From: Octopus sinensis
Lineage: Eukaryota
Length of the DNA: 55,740 nucleotides
Assembly (NCBI RefSeq): GCF_006345805.1
Contig: NW_021829896.1
Coordinates: 1 to 55,740 of the forward strand
Direction: 5' to 3'
Shown here piece by piece: positions 42,741 to 55,740 of the stretch. Each line of letters begins with the position of its first letter. Within the stretch, counting starts at the first letter, position 1. Below the pieces are notes generated by a model, which did no database searches, was not told the origin of the DNA, and saw nothing but the letters and a program-made list of their open reading frames with translations. Both the position numbers and the translations under genes were made by a program.

Positions 42741-43329
42741 GGGTAAGATCTAATGATCCTGTGATATGACAATTAGAACAATATGTACGATGATCTCGAT
42801 TGTGTCTTTGTGTTAGATTCAACACAAAATAACAAAAAGCACCTCCACCACACATATACAGATAAGGATATGTAAAGGGGACTTAGAGAAAATGAAAGGA
42901 ATATAACTGAAAGAGATCTGAATCACTTTAATCAACTGAGACTTTCATACAAACCCGGATAGCATTCATATTAAATATCTCGCATCGTATCTTACTGATG
43001 TTCAAATGTAGTTTGTATTTTTTAATAAACGGTATTGCGGCGCGTTGCCAGAAGTTATGAGTGTAGATCGTTTACTCATTCGACTACTACCGCAATCGTA
43101 ATCCTCATACATTCAGAAGTCCATCTTGGTTTTACTAAGTATGCGTCCATATATACTTTTTATTAATTCTTTATGTTGAGCTGAGGATATTGGTGTTCCT
43201 AACGACATGAAAGTTTCAAGACCCTTACGAAGACAGGATAACTGGTAAACTTGTTGCTAATACGAAGCTGCAAACCTGCACCTCAGAAAAACACTTTAAG
43301 CAACCAATATTAATTTATAAATTGCAATG

Positions 43330-43520
43330 TATAAACATAAAAATCTAAGCGGCGAGCAGGTAATAAAGCATTTCCTCTGTCTTAATGTTCTGTGTCCAAA
43401 TTCCACCGAGGTCGATCTTGCATGTCATCCCTGCCGGAGTCAGTAAATTAAGTACCATTTGAGCACTGAGGTCGAGTAATCGACTTAGCTCATTCTTGCT
43501 GTACTCGTACCTAAATTTGA
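43330..43520 (+). mobile_element. SINE family B, decayed
   Basis: gcggcgagcagg...caaattccaccgaggtcga...aaattaagtacca. Confidence 0.7.
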
Positions 43521-44689
43521 AACTAATCTTAAATTAGACGGCTGACAGAATCATTACCACGCCGGACTAAGTGCTTAGCGACATATCTCCCGAAGTTTCT
43601 GATGTTGGGCCAAAATTTCGAACTATTGTATAAGCATTAAAATCTGTGAGCAATTTTACTCAGATTTCAAGACACGCAAAAGCGATATTTTCTCTTCGCT
43701 TGGCCAAGCATTTACAAGAGAAAACAATTACAGCTCATTATAATATACAGCACTAAAGAAAACTAAATCGAAAAATATAATTTGTTATCATTGCAACCTT
43801 CTATAGAATTTCGCAAACAAAAACATACAAATTAGCTCTGGAAGTTTTATGAATATAAAATAAATCACAAAATCAATAGAGTTACTGTGCGCAAGAAATT
43901 ACGTGGAATAAATTATTTAAATAAAAAAGATTTAACCTGGAGTTCACCACTAAACAATCTATAACTCTGGCGATGATTATTTTTTTGAATCACAGTGGGG
44001 TTACTATGATCATTTACTGCCTCAAACAAAACGCAGTAACGCACTTACTATAATCACTTTCTTTAGAAAAGGAGCCAAGAATGCATTAAATAGGTAATGG
44101 ACAAAAATGTTAATGTCTCTAATTAAGCGTAAAGGACTACTAAGGAAGCATAAAGGGTCCTTAATGGAAATATTAAAATCGAAAGTTGTCAGAAGTAAAT
44201 GCCGTGAAAAAATTAGAAAAGGAAGAATGAAATTATTCTAGTTATGAAGAATATTCTGTTGTTGGTGGCCTACATCCTTGCTCTATACATTCATGAATAT
44301 ATACATATACATATACATACATACATACACACCTAACAATAGTGTATACGTGTGTGTATATATGTGCGTGTGTGTGTGAGTGTGTGTGCGTATATATATA
44401 TATGCGTGTGTATGTATTTACGCACACACATATATGTATGTGTATATACACATAAATACACACAAACACACTAAAAAAACAAGAAACACACACACATATT
44501 CACACACACACGCATACTCACGTAACACCTCGGGGAGAGAAACGCTAGAATAATTAACAGTAGCACTAGTAATAAGAACAACAACAGCAATAACAATCGC
44601 AGCAGCAGCAGCTGTACTTATTGCAAAGTGCCGAGTGCACACCGGTGCACACGAGACGTGCATGTCTGCACAATGTGCGCTTACGTCTT

Positions 44690-45290
<601 letters not shown>

Positions 45291-45374
45291 GTTTTATAAT
45301 CGTCCTTTTTCCATTGCCTTTGATCCATATACAGGTAGAGACTGAAAGGTAGACGGCAGAGAAATATATGGACA

Positions 45375-45690
45375 GAAGCGTAGCCTAGTGGTTAGGGCAT
45401 TACTCTCACGAACGCAAGATTGAGGTTTCGATTCCTGCGCGAGCGGCACTTTGAGTTCTTGAGCCTAAACACTGGCGTCCCGTTCAGGGGGTAATGCTGA
45501 ACCTCAGTCACTTCTGTGCCATTGAAACTGGTCAACATGTTATATGAGCCCAAGGAGGGATTCTAACCAAATGATTCCGAGTTCAGTCTCATTGCGTGGC
45601 CTCTTTGGCAAGTGTCTTCTAATGTCTGGGGGACCAACCAAAGCATTTTGAGTGGATTTGGTAGACGGAAACTAAAAGAAGACTGTCGGG
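45375..45690 (+). mobile_element. Decayed tRNA-headed SINE followed by a SINE A 5' fragment
   Basis: tagcctagtggttagg / ggtttcgattcct boxes; then gagttcagtctc...ggatttggtagacggaaact. Confidence 0.65.
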
Positions 45691-45955
45691 TACGCAGAGT
45701 AGATAAAACAGGGGACAACTGACGAAGGGGAATATTCTTTATGTTGCATGTCTCCTTTCTTTCTTTGTGTTTTTCGTTGTTCGAAAAAAAGGTCGTTTCT
45801 ATGTTTTTGTTTTCATGTTTTCGTTTCTCATTGTGCTCAACGTTTTTTTTATGTCCTATACTCATATATGCATGTATATAAACATATATATATATAGATA
45901 GATAGATAGATAGATATGTACATATATGTATGTATGATTGATTGATTGATTCTAG

Positions 45956-45996
45956 TTTCAGCTCATGAGCTGTGGCCATGCTGGGGCACCGCCATT
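45956..45996 (-). mobile_element. Isolated 3' tail of CR1/L2-like LINE
   Basis: ggcggtgccccagcatggccacagctcatgagctgaaactag plus (AATC)n. Confidence 0.7.
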
Positions 45997-46066
45997 GTAT
46001 ATATGCATTGTATATATGCATATATTTATATATTAATTAAAATTTTGTGTATATCTCTCTCTTTCT

Positions 46067-46107
<41 letters not shown>

Positions 46108-46138
46108 TATTACATAATATAATATATGTGTATATATA

Positions 46139-46171
<33 letters not shown>

Positions 46172-46172
46172 G

Positions 46173-46280
<108 letters not shown>

Positions 46281-46283
46281 ACA

Positions 46284-46510
46284 AGCCGAGCTGGGCGCAA
46301 CGTTAGCACCCGGGCGAAATGTGTAGCCGTATTTCGTCTGTCGTTACGTTCCGAGTTCAAATTCCGCCGAGGTCGACTTTGCCTTTCATCCTTTCAGGGT
46401 CGATAAATTAAGCACCAGTTACGCACTGGGGTCGATGTAATCGACTTAATCCTTTTGTCTGTCCTTGTTTGTCCTCTCTATGTTTAGCCCCTTGTGGGTA
46501 GTAAAGAAAT
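46284..46510 (+). mobile_element. SINE family B, near full length
   Basis: gagttcaaattccgccgaggtcgac...gtgggtagtaaagaaata. Confidence 0.9.
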
Positions 46511-46780
46511 ATATATATATATAAACCCATACCCATCTATCTTCATTTGTAAATTTTAAAACATAACTGTCATCATTACTCCATGAACCTGAAGATTGCA
46601 TAGTTTAATACATGAAAGTACTAGTTCAATCAGAATGGACATTTAACATTCTATCATTTTATTATATTATCTTGTCTTATATTATTATAAAAGTGTAAAT
46701 AATACGTGAAAATCAAAGTTGGAATGTTTCAGTAATATATGTGCGTGTATGATTTTGATTGATTTTGACTTTTGATTTTT

Positions 46781-46978
46781 CCAGTTTCAGCTAATGAGAT
46801 GTGGCCATGCTGGGGCACCGCCATTTGGTTTGCTACACGATTTTACCTCACGGATGCTTTTTAGCAAACGCCATCTGATGCATGAGAGAGTTCGATGCAG
46901 CTGCCCTCATCTGCACCTCCTGCCGTGAAGTTGGTTCATCCGGGACACCTGACAGGAAGAGGTCCAGTCCTACTTTAA
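46781..46978 (-). mobile_element. CR1/L2-group LINE 3' end
   Basis: KVGLDLFLSGVPDEPTSRQEVQMRAAASNSLMHQMAFAKKHP* then the structured tail and short tandem repeats; clade assigned from memory of the LD.FL..PDEP...SNSL motif. Confidence 0.65.
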
Positions 46979-47341
46979 AGACATATATATATATAATATG
47001 TGTGTGTGTGTATGTATGTATATATATTACGAAGAATTTTCAGAAAGTAATTATCCTCGCAGCACTACCGATAAACATTACCAGTTCGCGGGAAAAATCT
47101 AAGGCCAGGGAGGTGTCGCAGAGTGACATGATAGTACAGGCAAGCATTTGTTGGATGTCCATGTACTTGTGGAGTTGTGTGGAACAGCTATCTTTGACTG
47201 TATAACGGATGTGGATATCGGTTGAGTCTATTAAGAAGATCGTTCCATTGGTTGAGCCTGTTAAAGATCGCTCCATCGCTTTTCTTTTGATAGTAATCCG
47301 CCGATTAAAGGACGATAGGACCCTTCTCGTATGGTGCTTAT

Positions 47342-47615
47342 TGGCATTCCATCGGTTACAACGACGAGGGTTCCAGTTCATCCGATCAACAGAACAGCCT
47401 TTTCGCGAAATTAACGTGCAAGTGGCTGAGCCCTCCACAGACACACGTATCCTTAACGTAGTTCTCAGAACGGCACAGTATGAGACAATGCCGGCCGAGC
47501 GGACTGGAGCAACGTGAAATAAAGCATCTTGCTTAAGGACACCACGCGCTGCCTGGAATCGAACTCACAATCGTATGATCGTGAAGCGAACGCCCTATCC
47601 ACTACGCCATACACT
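47342..47615 (-). mobile_element. tRNA-headed SINE family E
   Basis: tggcgtagtgg box A, gagttcgattcc box B, shared cagccacttgcacgtt domain. Confidence 0.85.
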
Positions 47616-47929
47616 TTCACTCGTCGGCGGCGGTGGCTGAAGAGGCTGAGTGGTTTACGAGGCCAAAAGGCTTCTTCCTCAATGAAGCCTTTTTTTGACA
47701 TCTTCAGGTTCCATATGAAGAAAGAAACTGAGATGGGGGCGGGGTAGAGAATTTGCTGTGTGGTGGTGGAGGTGGTGGTGGTGCGGATTGCCATTGTTAT
47801 TTAGCCCCATGTCACATGATGTGAATGAAAACACCTTTGACCTTCAGGTTTTACCAGCTGAGTGGACTGGACCAACCTGAAATGGACTGGAGCAACTGAG
47901 GGGAATTCACTTAAAATAAATGAAACTGT

Positions 47930-48230
47930 GGGGGCGCAATGGCCAAGTGGTTACGGCAGCGGAATCGCGGTCGGAGCATCGCGGTTTCGATTCCCAGACC
48001 GAGCGTTGTGTGTGTTTATTGAGCGAAAACACCTAAAGCTCCACGAGGCTCCGGCAGGGGGGGTGACACCTGTTGTACTCTTCCGCCTTAACTTTCTCTC
48101 ACTTTTTCTTCCTGTTTCTTGAGTAACGCTGCGATGGACTGGTATCCCGTCCAGCTGGGGGGAACACATTCATAGAAACCGGGAAACCGGGCCCATGAGC
48201 CTGGCTAGGCTTGAAAAGGGGGCATAAATA
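47930..48230 (+). mobile_element. SINE family C, short-tail variant
   Basis: Colinear with 36596-36868. Confidence 0.88.
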
Positions 48231-48324
48231 AATTTAAAAATGAAACTACCCTAAGCATGCGTCTGTACCTTCCCCTCACAGTCAGGGTACCCTTAGATCC
48301 CAGCAAATCCATGATTGGCCATAG

Positions 48325-48630
48325 TTGAAAGCTCTTGGCTCAGTAGTCAGAATCTCGGGCTCATATTCATGAGGTAGTGAGTTCGATTCCCAGACCCGGC
48401 TGTGTGTGTTGTGTCCTTGAGCAAGACATTTTATTCCACATTGCACCAGTTGTAGAAATGAGTTGTGACGTCACTGGTGTCAAGTTATATCGGTCTTTGC
48501 CTTCCTCTTGGATAACCGTGGGGTAGCGGGGAGAGGTGAGGCTGGCATGTAAGGGCAATTGCTGGTCTTCCACATGCTGCCTTGTCCTGGGTTGTGCCTG
48601 ACCGAAGGGAATGTACTGTATTCATATATT
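48325..48630 (+). mobile_element. tRNA-headed SINE family F
   Basis: tggctcagtag box A-like, gagttcgattccc box B, gtccttgagcaagac core, distinct 3' body. Confidence 0.7.
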
Positions 48631-48639
48631 TTGTATCGT

Positions 48640-48950
48640 GGCACTCCGTCGGTTACGACGACTGAGTGTTCCATTTGACCGGATTCGATCGTGAAACTAA
48701 CGTGCAAGTGGCTGAGCACTCCACAGACACGTGTGCCCTTAACGTGGTTCTCGAGTAGATTCGGCGTGACATGGCTGGCTCTTTGAAACAAGAAGAAAGA
48801 GTGAGAGAAAGATGTTGTGAAAGAGTACAGCAGAGTTCACCACCACCGGCGCATCGTGGAGTTTAGATGTTTTCGCTCAATACTCACAACGCCCGGTCTG
48901 GGAATCGAAACAGCGATCCAAGGACCGCGAGTCTGCTGCCCTAACCATAT
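48640..48950 (-). mobile_element. SINE family C, long-tail variant, decayed
   Basis: Reverse complement aligns with 36903-37280. Confidence 0.82.
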
Positions 48951-49629
48951 TATATAATATCTCATTCCCCCAACTTCTCATGCGACTTTATATCAACCAT
49001 GACATAATGCAATCTGCCTTGTAATGTCTCCTCCACTCAACGACCCTCTGGCAAATAATTAACTTGGGGCTTTAGCTGCTATTTCTAAACATTCTTCACT
49101 TCGGTTGCATGTTAGATGACCTATGGATATTTTTTGTGCGTGTGTTTATGTATGTGAGTGTTCGAGTGTGCATGTGTGCGTGGTGGTGGTGGTGGTGGTG
49201 GTGGTGGTGGGGGTTTCATTGTTATTTAGCCCCATGTTAGCTGCTTAGAATGAAAACATCTTTTATCAAAGTTGATCCAGCCATGACCATCCATTTGAAT
49301 TATTTCACTTCAAGGTATTTTACTGCAACATTGTTCATTCCTATTCTTTTTATTATTATTTAAAAAAGAAGAATCGGGTGGGATTCTGGCTGCTATGTCT
49401 AGCAAGTCTAATGATTGCGAAGACACTTTTTAGTGCCATTGCTGTTGCTAATAACGCTGCTGCTGTTGTTCATATTCTTGTTGTTCTTACAGTTAACGCT
49501 CTTTTTGCTTATTATCATTATTATAATTATGACTATTATCATTATCATTATTATAACTGACCTCTCTCCTGAAAATCCTATGACCCAGTGGAAAAATTTC
49601 AAACTATTAACGCGGTAAACTGACCGAAT

Positions 49630-50610
49630 CTGCAGCACTGTGGTAATTTCGTCCGGTTTTATTTTATGAGTTCAATTTCCGCCGAAGCCGCTTTTGACTT
49701 TCATCCTTTCAGGGTCGATGAAATAAGTACCAGTTGAGCACTGGGGTCGATGTAGTCGACTAGCCCTACAAAAGCTTCCTACAAAAACTTCGGGTTTTGT
49801 ACCTACGGATGAAACGTGTATTTATATAACCTCTTAAGGTGTCGAGCTGGCACACGCCGAAGAAAACACTTCGTGGCATATCTTCCGGCTTTACATTCTG
49901 AGTTCAAATTCCGTTGAGGTCTATTTAGCATTTCACCCCTTTAGGGGCCGATAAAATGGGTATCAGCAGAAACGATTTAGCCTATACCCCACTCTTTATT
50001 TCAGGCGTGTTGGCAGAAACGTTAGCATCCGGGACAAAATGCTTAGCAGCATTTCGTCCGTCCTTACTTTTTGAGTTCAAATTCCGCCGAGGTCGACTTT
50101 GCCTTTCATCCTTTCGGGGTCGATAAATTAAGTACCAGTTACACACTGGGGTCGATGTAATCAACTTAATCCGTTTGTTTGTCCTTCTGTGTCCCCTCTA
50201 TGCTTAGCCCCTTGTGGGTAATAAAGAAATAAGAAATGTTAGCACCCGGGGCAAAATGCTTAGCAGCATTTCGTCCGTCCTTACGTTCTGAGTTCAAATT
50301 CCGCCGGGGTCAACTTTGCCTTTCAAGTTTTCAGCTGAACATTGGGGTCGATGTAATCGGCTATTCTCCTCCCCCAAATTCCAGGCTTTGTGGCGATAGT
50401 GAAAATAGATACGTTTTTGGAACTGCCAAGGAGGCGAGCGATCAGAAACGTTAACACGCCGGCTCGGGCTTTGCACTCTGAGTTCCAATTCCTCCCAGGT
50501 CCACTTCACCTTTCATTCTTTCGATAAAATAAAGAACCCGTTTAAAAATGCGGGTCGATATCATCGATCAATCACCTCCCCAAACATGTCAGGCATTGTA
50601 CCTATAGTAG
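49630..50610 (+). mobile_element. Cluster of five same-strand SINE B copies of differing divergence
   Basis: gagttcaa(a/t)tt motif at about 49668, 49901, 50073, 50291 and 50481. Confidence 0.85.
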
Positions 50611-50747
50611 AAACGATAATTTATAAAACTCCATTTTTAACCCGAATCCAGTAGGGATTTACACAGACGTTCCAGACATGACCATCTACACCTGTTTTTT
50701 TTCTTCTCATTTTCATTGCTGTTTAGTTTTAACAGTGTACATATGGT

Positions 50748-50942
50748 GTGGCTATGGCTATGTACTTAAGAAGTTCGATTCCCAAGCACATAGTTCCGGG
50801 TTCAGTCCCACTGCGTGGCACCTTGGACAAGTTTCTTCTACTATAGCGTCGGGCCGACCAGAGCCTTGTCAGTGGATTTGGTAGACGGAAACTGAAACAA
50901 GCCTGACATGTATATACATATATATATGTGTGTGTGTGTGGT

Positions 50943-50973
<31 letters not shown>

Positions 50974-50980
50974 CGAGAGA

Positions 50981-51017
<37 letters not shown>

Positions 51018-51341
51018 TGCGTGCACGTGCACGTGCACGTGTCAGCGTCTTTTGGACTTGCGTTTGGCCATCAGCACTGCTTGAAAACCAGTGTTGGTTT
51101 GTTTACGTCCCGTGAAATGCAAAAGATATATATATATATATTCTTCTACTTGGATCACTCATTGGAGTGTGGCCATCCTGGAGCACCGCCTTCATTCGAA
51201 CTAATCGAGCCCACAACTTATTCTTTGTAAGCCTAGTACTTATTCCATCGATCCCTTTTGCCGAACCGCTAGCTTGCGGGGATATAAACAGACCAACATC
51301 GATTGTCAAGCGATGGTGAGGACAAACACACACACACACAC

Positions 51342-51410
<69 letters not shown>

Positions 51411-51446
51411 AATATATAGGGATACATACACCACAAACACACACTC

Positions 51447-51504
<58 letters not shown>

Positions 51505-51866
51505 TTATGTGTATGTGACGTATGTGAAGTCCGTCTTTGTCACTGTTTCACAACCGGTGTTTGGTGGTTTACATCTCCTCAATGTAGCACTATGGGAAAA
51601 AGTGACTCATAGTATCAGTACCAAAATTTGATATATATATATACATGTCTGTCTTTTCCCTCCACCATCACTTGACAACCGATGCTGGTGTGTTTACGTC
51701 CCCGTCAACTAGCGGTTCGGCAAATCGAGACTGATAGTAATAAGTTCTAGGCTTACAAAAAATAAGTCCTGGAGTCGATTTATTCGACTAAAGGTGGTGC
51801 TCCAGCATGGCCGCAGTCAAATGAGTGAGACAAGTAAAAGAGTAAAAGAGTATATACACACATACA

Positions 51867-51924
<58 letters not shown>

Positions 51925-52262
51925 AGCACGCACGCCCACACACATGCACACACACCAAAGCACGCACATATATATATTATATATATATTGGCTAAACTGG
52001 CATATGACCATCCGAAATATAACGATATATATATATAATATATATATATATATATAATTATATATATATATATATATAGAAATTATATATATATATATAA
52101 TACATAGCTAGATACAAACATACATACATATGTGTTAGTCTGTGGGTATGTGTGTTTGTGTGTGTGTATATATGTATTACTGGGGTCGATTTGATCGACT
52201 ATCACTTCGAACGGGTGCTCAAGCATGGTCGCAGTAGAATGACTGAAACGGGTAAAGAGAAG
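50748..52262. mobile_element. Fragmented and nested SINE A pieces among microsatellites
   Basis: 5' half 50748-50910 (+), 51150-51340 (-), 3' half 51655-51850 (+), tail 52160-52262 (+). Confidence 0.8.
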
Positions 52263-53369
52263 AAGGCAAAAAGAAAATGTATACAAGAATATAGAGAATT
52301 AAATAATTCAACGTTATCCTTCCTGATTCAGTAATTGTTTGTTATTCAGGAGGAGACTTGGCTGCTATTTCTAACATTTTGAGATACCACGCAGGGTCCT
52401 CGTTTGTAATTTTAGCGTTGTCTTACTTAAAATTGCTGTTGTTGTTGTTGTTGTTGTTGTCAACGACGACGACGATGGTGGAAGATGATGATGATGAATA
52501 ACACCAGGTCTGTCCTTGTTAAGCTGACCTGTGACGAACAACGGCGTTCCGGCCATGACTGTCTCGTCTACCTCCCACAGCTGGTCAGCGTCCAATGTGA
52601 CCATATGCTACATTGCAACGTATTGACGAATCTGAGTGATTTGAACGAAAGACTTGGCTGCTATTTCTCGCAGATCCAGTGACCACGTAGAGGATCCACT
52701 CGTTGTCAGTGTTGTAACAGTTCCCAGTTTTGTTGCACCCGTTATTGCTGTTGTTATTGTTGTTGCTGTTGTTGTTGTATAACCCTAGGTCAGTCCTAAT
52801 CCAGTTGACCTATCATCAAAGATATCTGGCTATGACCAGCTGCAATTTTTATTTCATTTAATATTTTTTTTGTTCATCAGGCATAGTGTATCAAGGACTA
52901 CATTATCCAGCGTTTCCTTTCGTAAAAAGTGGCTTGTTTCTGTTGTTTATAACCAAAGGCGTTCTAACCTGGCCCACCACGTATGTCTAGCGACTGTATT
53001 TTTTAACGTGTCCTTTCAAAGCAGATTCTTTGCTGTTGTAGCTGTTATTGTTGATGATGATGATGATGAGGATGATGATGATGATGATGATGTTTATCCC
53101 AATGGTTGTAGTAATCCAGTAGCTCTATAATGAAACGTATTCCAACCGTGACAACTCCGTTTATTTCCAGAGCATATGTGATACAGCTATCAGATCTGTT
53201 TTGTTTAGGTTTTTCTTCTTTTTTTTTGGTCTTTTTTTTTAATCCCCTTATTAAAGACACAAACAATGACATTTTAAGGAGGGAAGGGTGGGCGATTTGG
53301 CTGCTATTTCTAGCGAGTTAGTCTACCACTTAAACAGCCTTGTCGCTGACCCTTGTTGCCTACTTTCAC

Positions 53370-53999
53370 TATCGCTGTTGTTGTTGTTGTTGTCGTTACA
53401 GCTGATGTCACTTCGTCGTTCACTACAGTTGACATTCGCCTTCGTTGTTGCTGTTCTCGTTGTCACTGTCGTAGCCGCTAGTCTAGTTGTTGTTGTTGTT
53501 GTTGTTTATTTTCGTTTATTATTGTTTATTGTCCCTTTCGTCTGTTGTTGTTGCTGTTGTCACTAGTGCAGTGTTGTTGTTGTTGTTGTTATTCTTCTTG
53601 CCTTTGTTGCGATTGTTGCAATTTTTTTCTTCGTTCGTTTTGTTTTTGTTGCTAATGATGATACTAGTTACGATGAAATCGTTGACGCGCTGGACGTACG
53701 TGCTATTAGCCTTGTTGTTGTTGCTATTTTGGTCACTAACCCCGTCTTGTTGTTGTGTTGTTGCTACTCTTCTTCTTCTTCTTCTTGTTCCTGTTGTTAA
53801 TTTGTTTGTATTTTTTCCGTCAGCGCTTACGCTGATTTCTCTTTTCTTCCTTTTCCTTTTTTCTCTGTCATCGTCATCGTAGCTTGCCGTGGTTGCCATC
53901 ACACCTACCATTGCTGTCACAATTCTGTCTGCCATTTCTAAAGCCTCTTCTTCGTCTGTAGTTTCCACGCTTCTACTATTGACGCTGCTGCTACGACTA

Positions 54000-54037
<38 letters not shown>

Positions 54038-54662
54038 GCTGCTGCTGTAACTGCCGCTGCTGTCATCACTGTCGCTGGTTCGTCGTTGTCAACCTCTTTC
54101 TTCTTCTCCTCTTCCTCCTCCTCCTGCCACCAGCACCGCTGCCTCTGTCACTGCTGCTGCTGCTGCTATTACTACAACTACTACTACTGCTTATGATAAC
54201 TGCTGCTGCTGCTGTTGTTGCTGCCGCCGCCGCTGCTGCTCCGCTTGTCGGTGCCATCTTTGTCGACGTCACCAACTTCGCAAAAACGTTTTTATCGTAG
54301 TCGCCGTCATCATCATCATCATCGTCATCATCATCGTTGTTGTCGGCGTCGTCATTTCATCATCATCATCATCATCATCTTCTTCTGTCTCCACCCTCCT
54401 CCACCTGAAGCTAACACCGGCCCCGCAATGATATTGTGCGTAGCGTTGTCGCTTTCACAGTAGTAGTAGTAGTAGTTGTAGTAGTAGTAGTAGCAGCAGC
54501 AGCAGCAGTAGCAGTATAGTTGGTTGTAGAAGTTATTGTAGCAACAGCAGTACTAGTAGTAGTAGTAGTGGCAGCAGTTGCAGTAGTAGTAGCAGCAACA
54601 GTAGAAGTAGTAGTAGTAGTTAGTAGTAGTGGCAGTGGTAGTAGTAGTAGTAGAAGTATAAA

Positions 54663-54716
<54 letters not shown>

Positions 54717-55190
54717 CAGCAGCAGCAATTGCATTTGTGATTGTTCTTACAGCCGCTGCTGCTGCTGCTGCTGCTGCTGCTAATGTTGCTGCTGTTGTAG
54801 TTGTTGTCGTTGCTGTTGTTGTTGTTGTTGTTGTTGTTGCTGCTGCTGTTGCCGTTCTTGGTGTTTATCGTAAGCTGCCGCTTCTTCGCCACCACAGCCA
54901 CCAACACACACAACACCACACCACTACAACACCACTACAACACCACTGCACACCACCACTACCATCTCTACCACCCAATCATTAACAATAACCAACAAAC
55001 AAACAAACAATATTGTCACTGCTTTCCTCATCATCGTCATCATCATAATCATCATCATCGTCATCATCACCACAACCACCACCACCGCCGCCGCCACCAT
55101 CATCATCATCAGCAGCAGAATCGCCACCATTGTCGTTACCGTTAACCCCCCCCCCCCTGCCAACACCACCACTACCACTACTACTACTAT

Positions 55191-55221
<31 letters not shown>

Positions 55222-55280
55222 ACTCTTATCGCCATCGCCACCACTGCCACCACCACCATCACCACCACCACCACCATTAC
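53370..55280. repeat. Degenerate trinucleotide field (GTT, CTA, GTA, CAT, CAC, CTG)
   Basis: Direct reading. Confidence 0.9.
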
Positions 55281-55487
55281 TACTACCGCTATAGCAACAC
55301 CACCGCACAAGCGCATATACATATGTAATCGCATTCATACGCCGTGCCATGTATGCCTAGCACCGTTCTACCATTCTATAGGCGCGCACACACACACTCA
55401 CACACACACACACACAACCACTCACGCACTTACACACATAACTAAATATTAATACACAGAATACCATATATATATATATAGAATATA

Positions 55488-55520
<33 letters not shown>

Positions 55521-55669
55521 CGTATGTATGTATGTATGTATATATATACACTCGCTCGCACATTCGGTATTCGTCACGCATTTTACATTACAGAAGGCGC
55601 TGCGCACACTCACACAATTTATACACCGTACGTACACACACGCACACACTCGCACACCACACACACACA

Positions 55670-55710
<41 letters not shown>

Positions 55711-55740
55711 GCACACTCGCACACATTTTTACAGACACCC

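Noticed and set aside
43040-43240. Two putative plus-strand exons (one reading EDIGVPNDMKVSRPLRRQDN)
   Set aside because: The implied intron is only ~42 nt and the phases do not join.
53519-53968. 149-aa minus-strand ORF with mixed composition
   Set aside because: It lies in a degenerate trinucleotide field, overlapping ORFs exist on both strands, and it has no domain signature.

Overview
AT-rich, microsatellite-saturated eukaryotic DNA with no intact protein-coding gene that I can support. Its repeat content resembles Octopus (cephalopod) genomic DNA; this is my recognition of the SINE families, not a database result. It contains many tRNA-headed SINEs (working names A, B, C, E, F), 3' remnants of four LINEs (one L1/Tx1-like, two with restriction-like endonuclease, one CR1/L2-like), two mariner-type MITEs and several minisatellites. 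The strongest signal is about 11 type I hammerhead-ribozyme motifs from several unrelated short elements, most with a self-complementary (palindromic) helix III, as known for Penelope-like elements and non-LTR retrozymes. They include an intact-looking ribozyme with a long helix II (39284-39374), a 461-nt unit with terminal redundancy (3968-4513), and two copies of a core variant GUGAACA with a compensatory G3-C8 swap (9938, 11625). Others sit in fold-back elements, one of which has captured a polyubiquitin fragment (40527-41066). All structures were folded by eye, no activity is demonstrated, and boundaries of decayed repeats are approximate.
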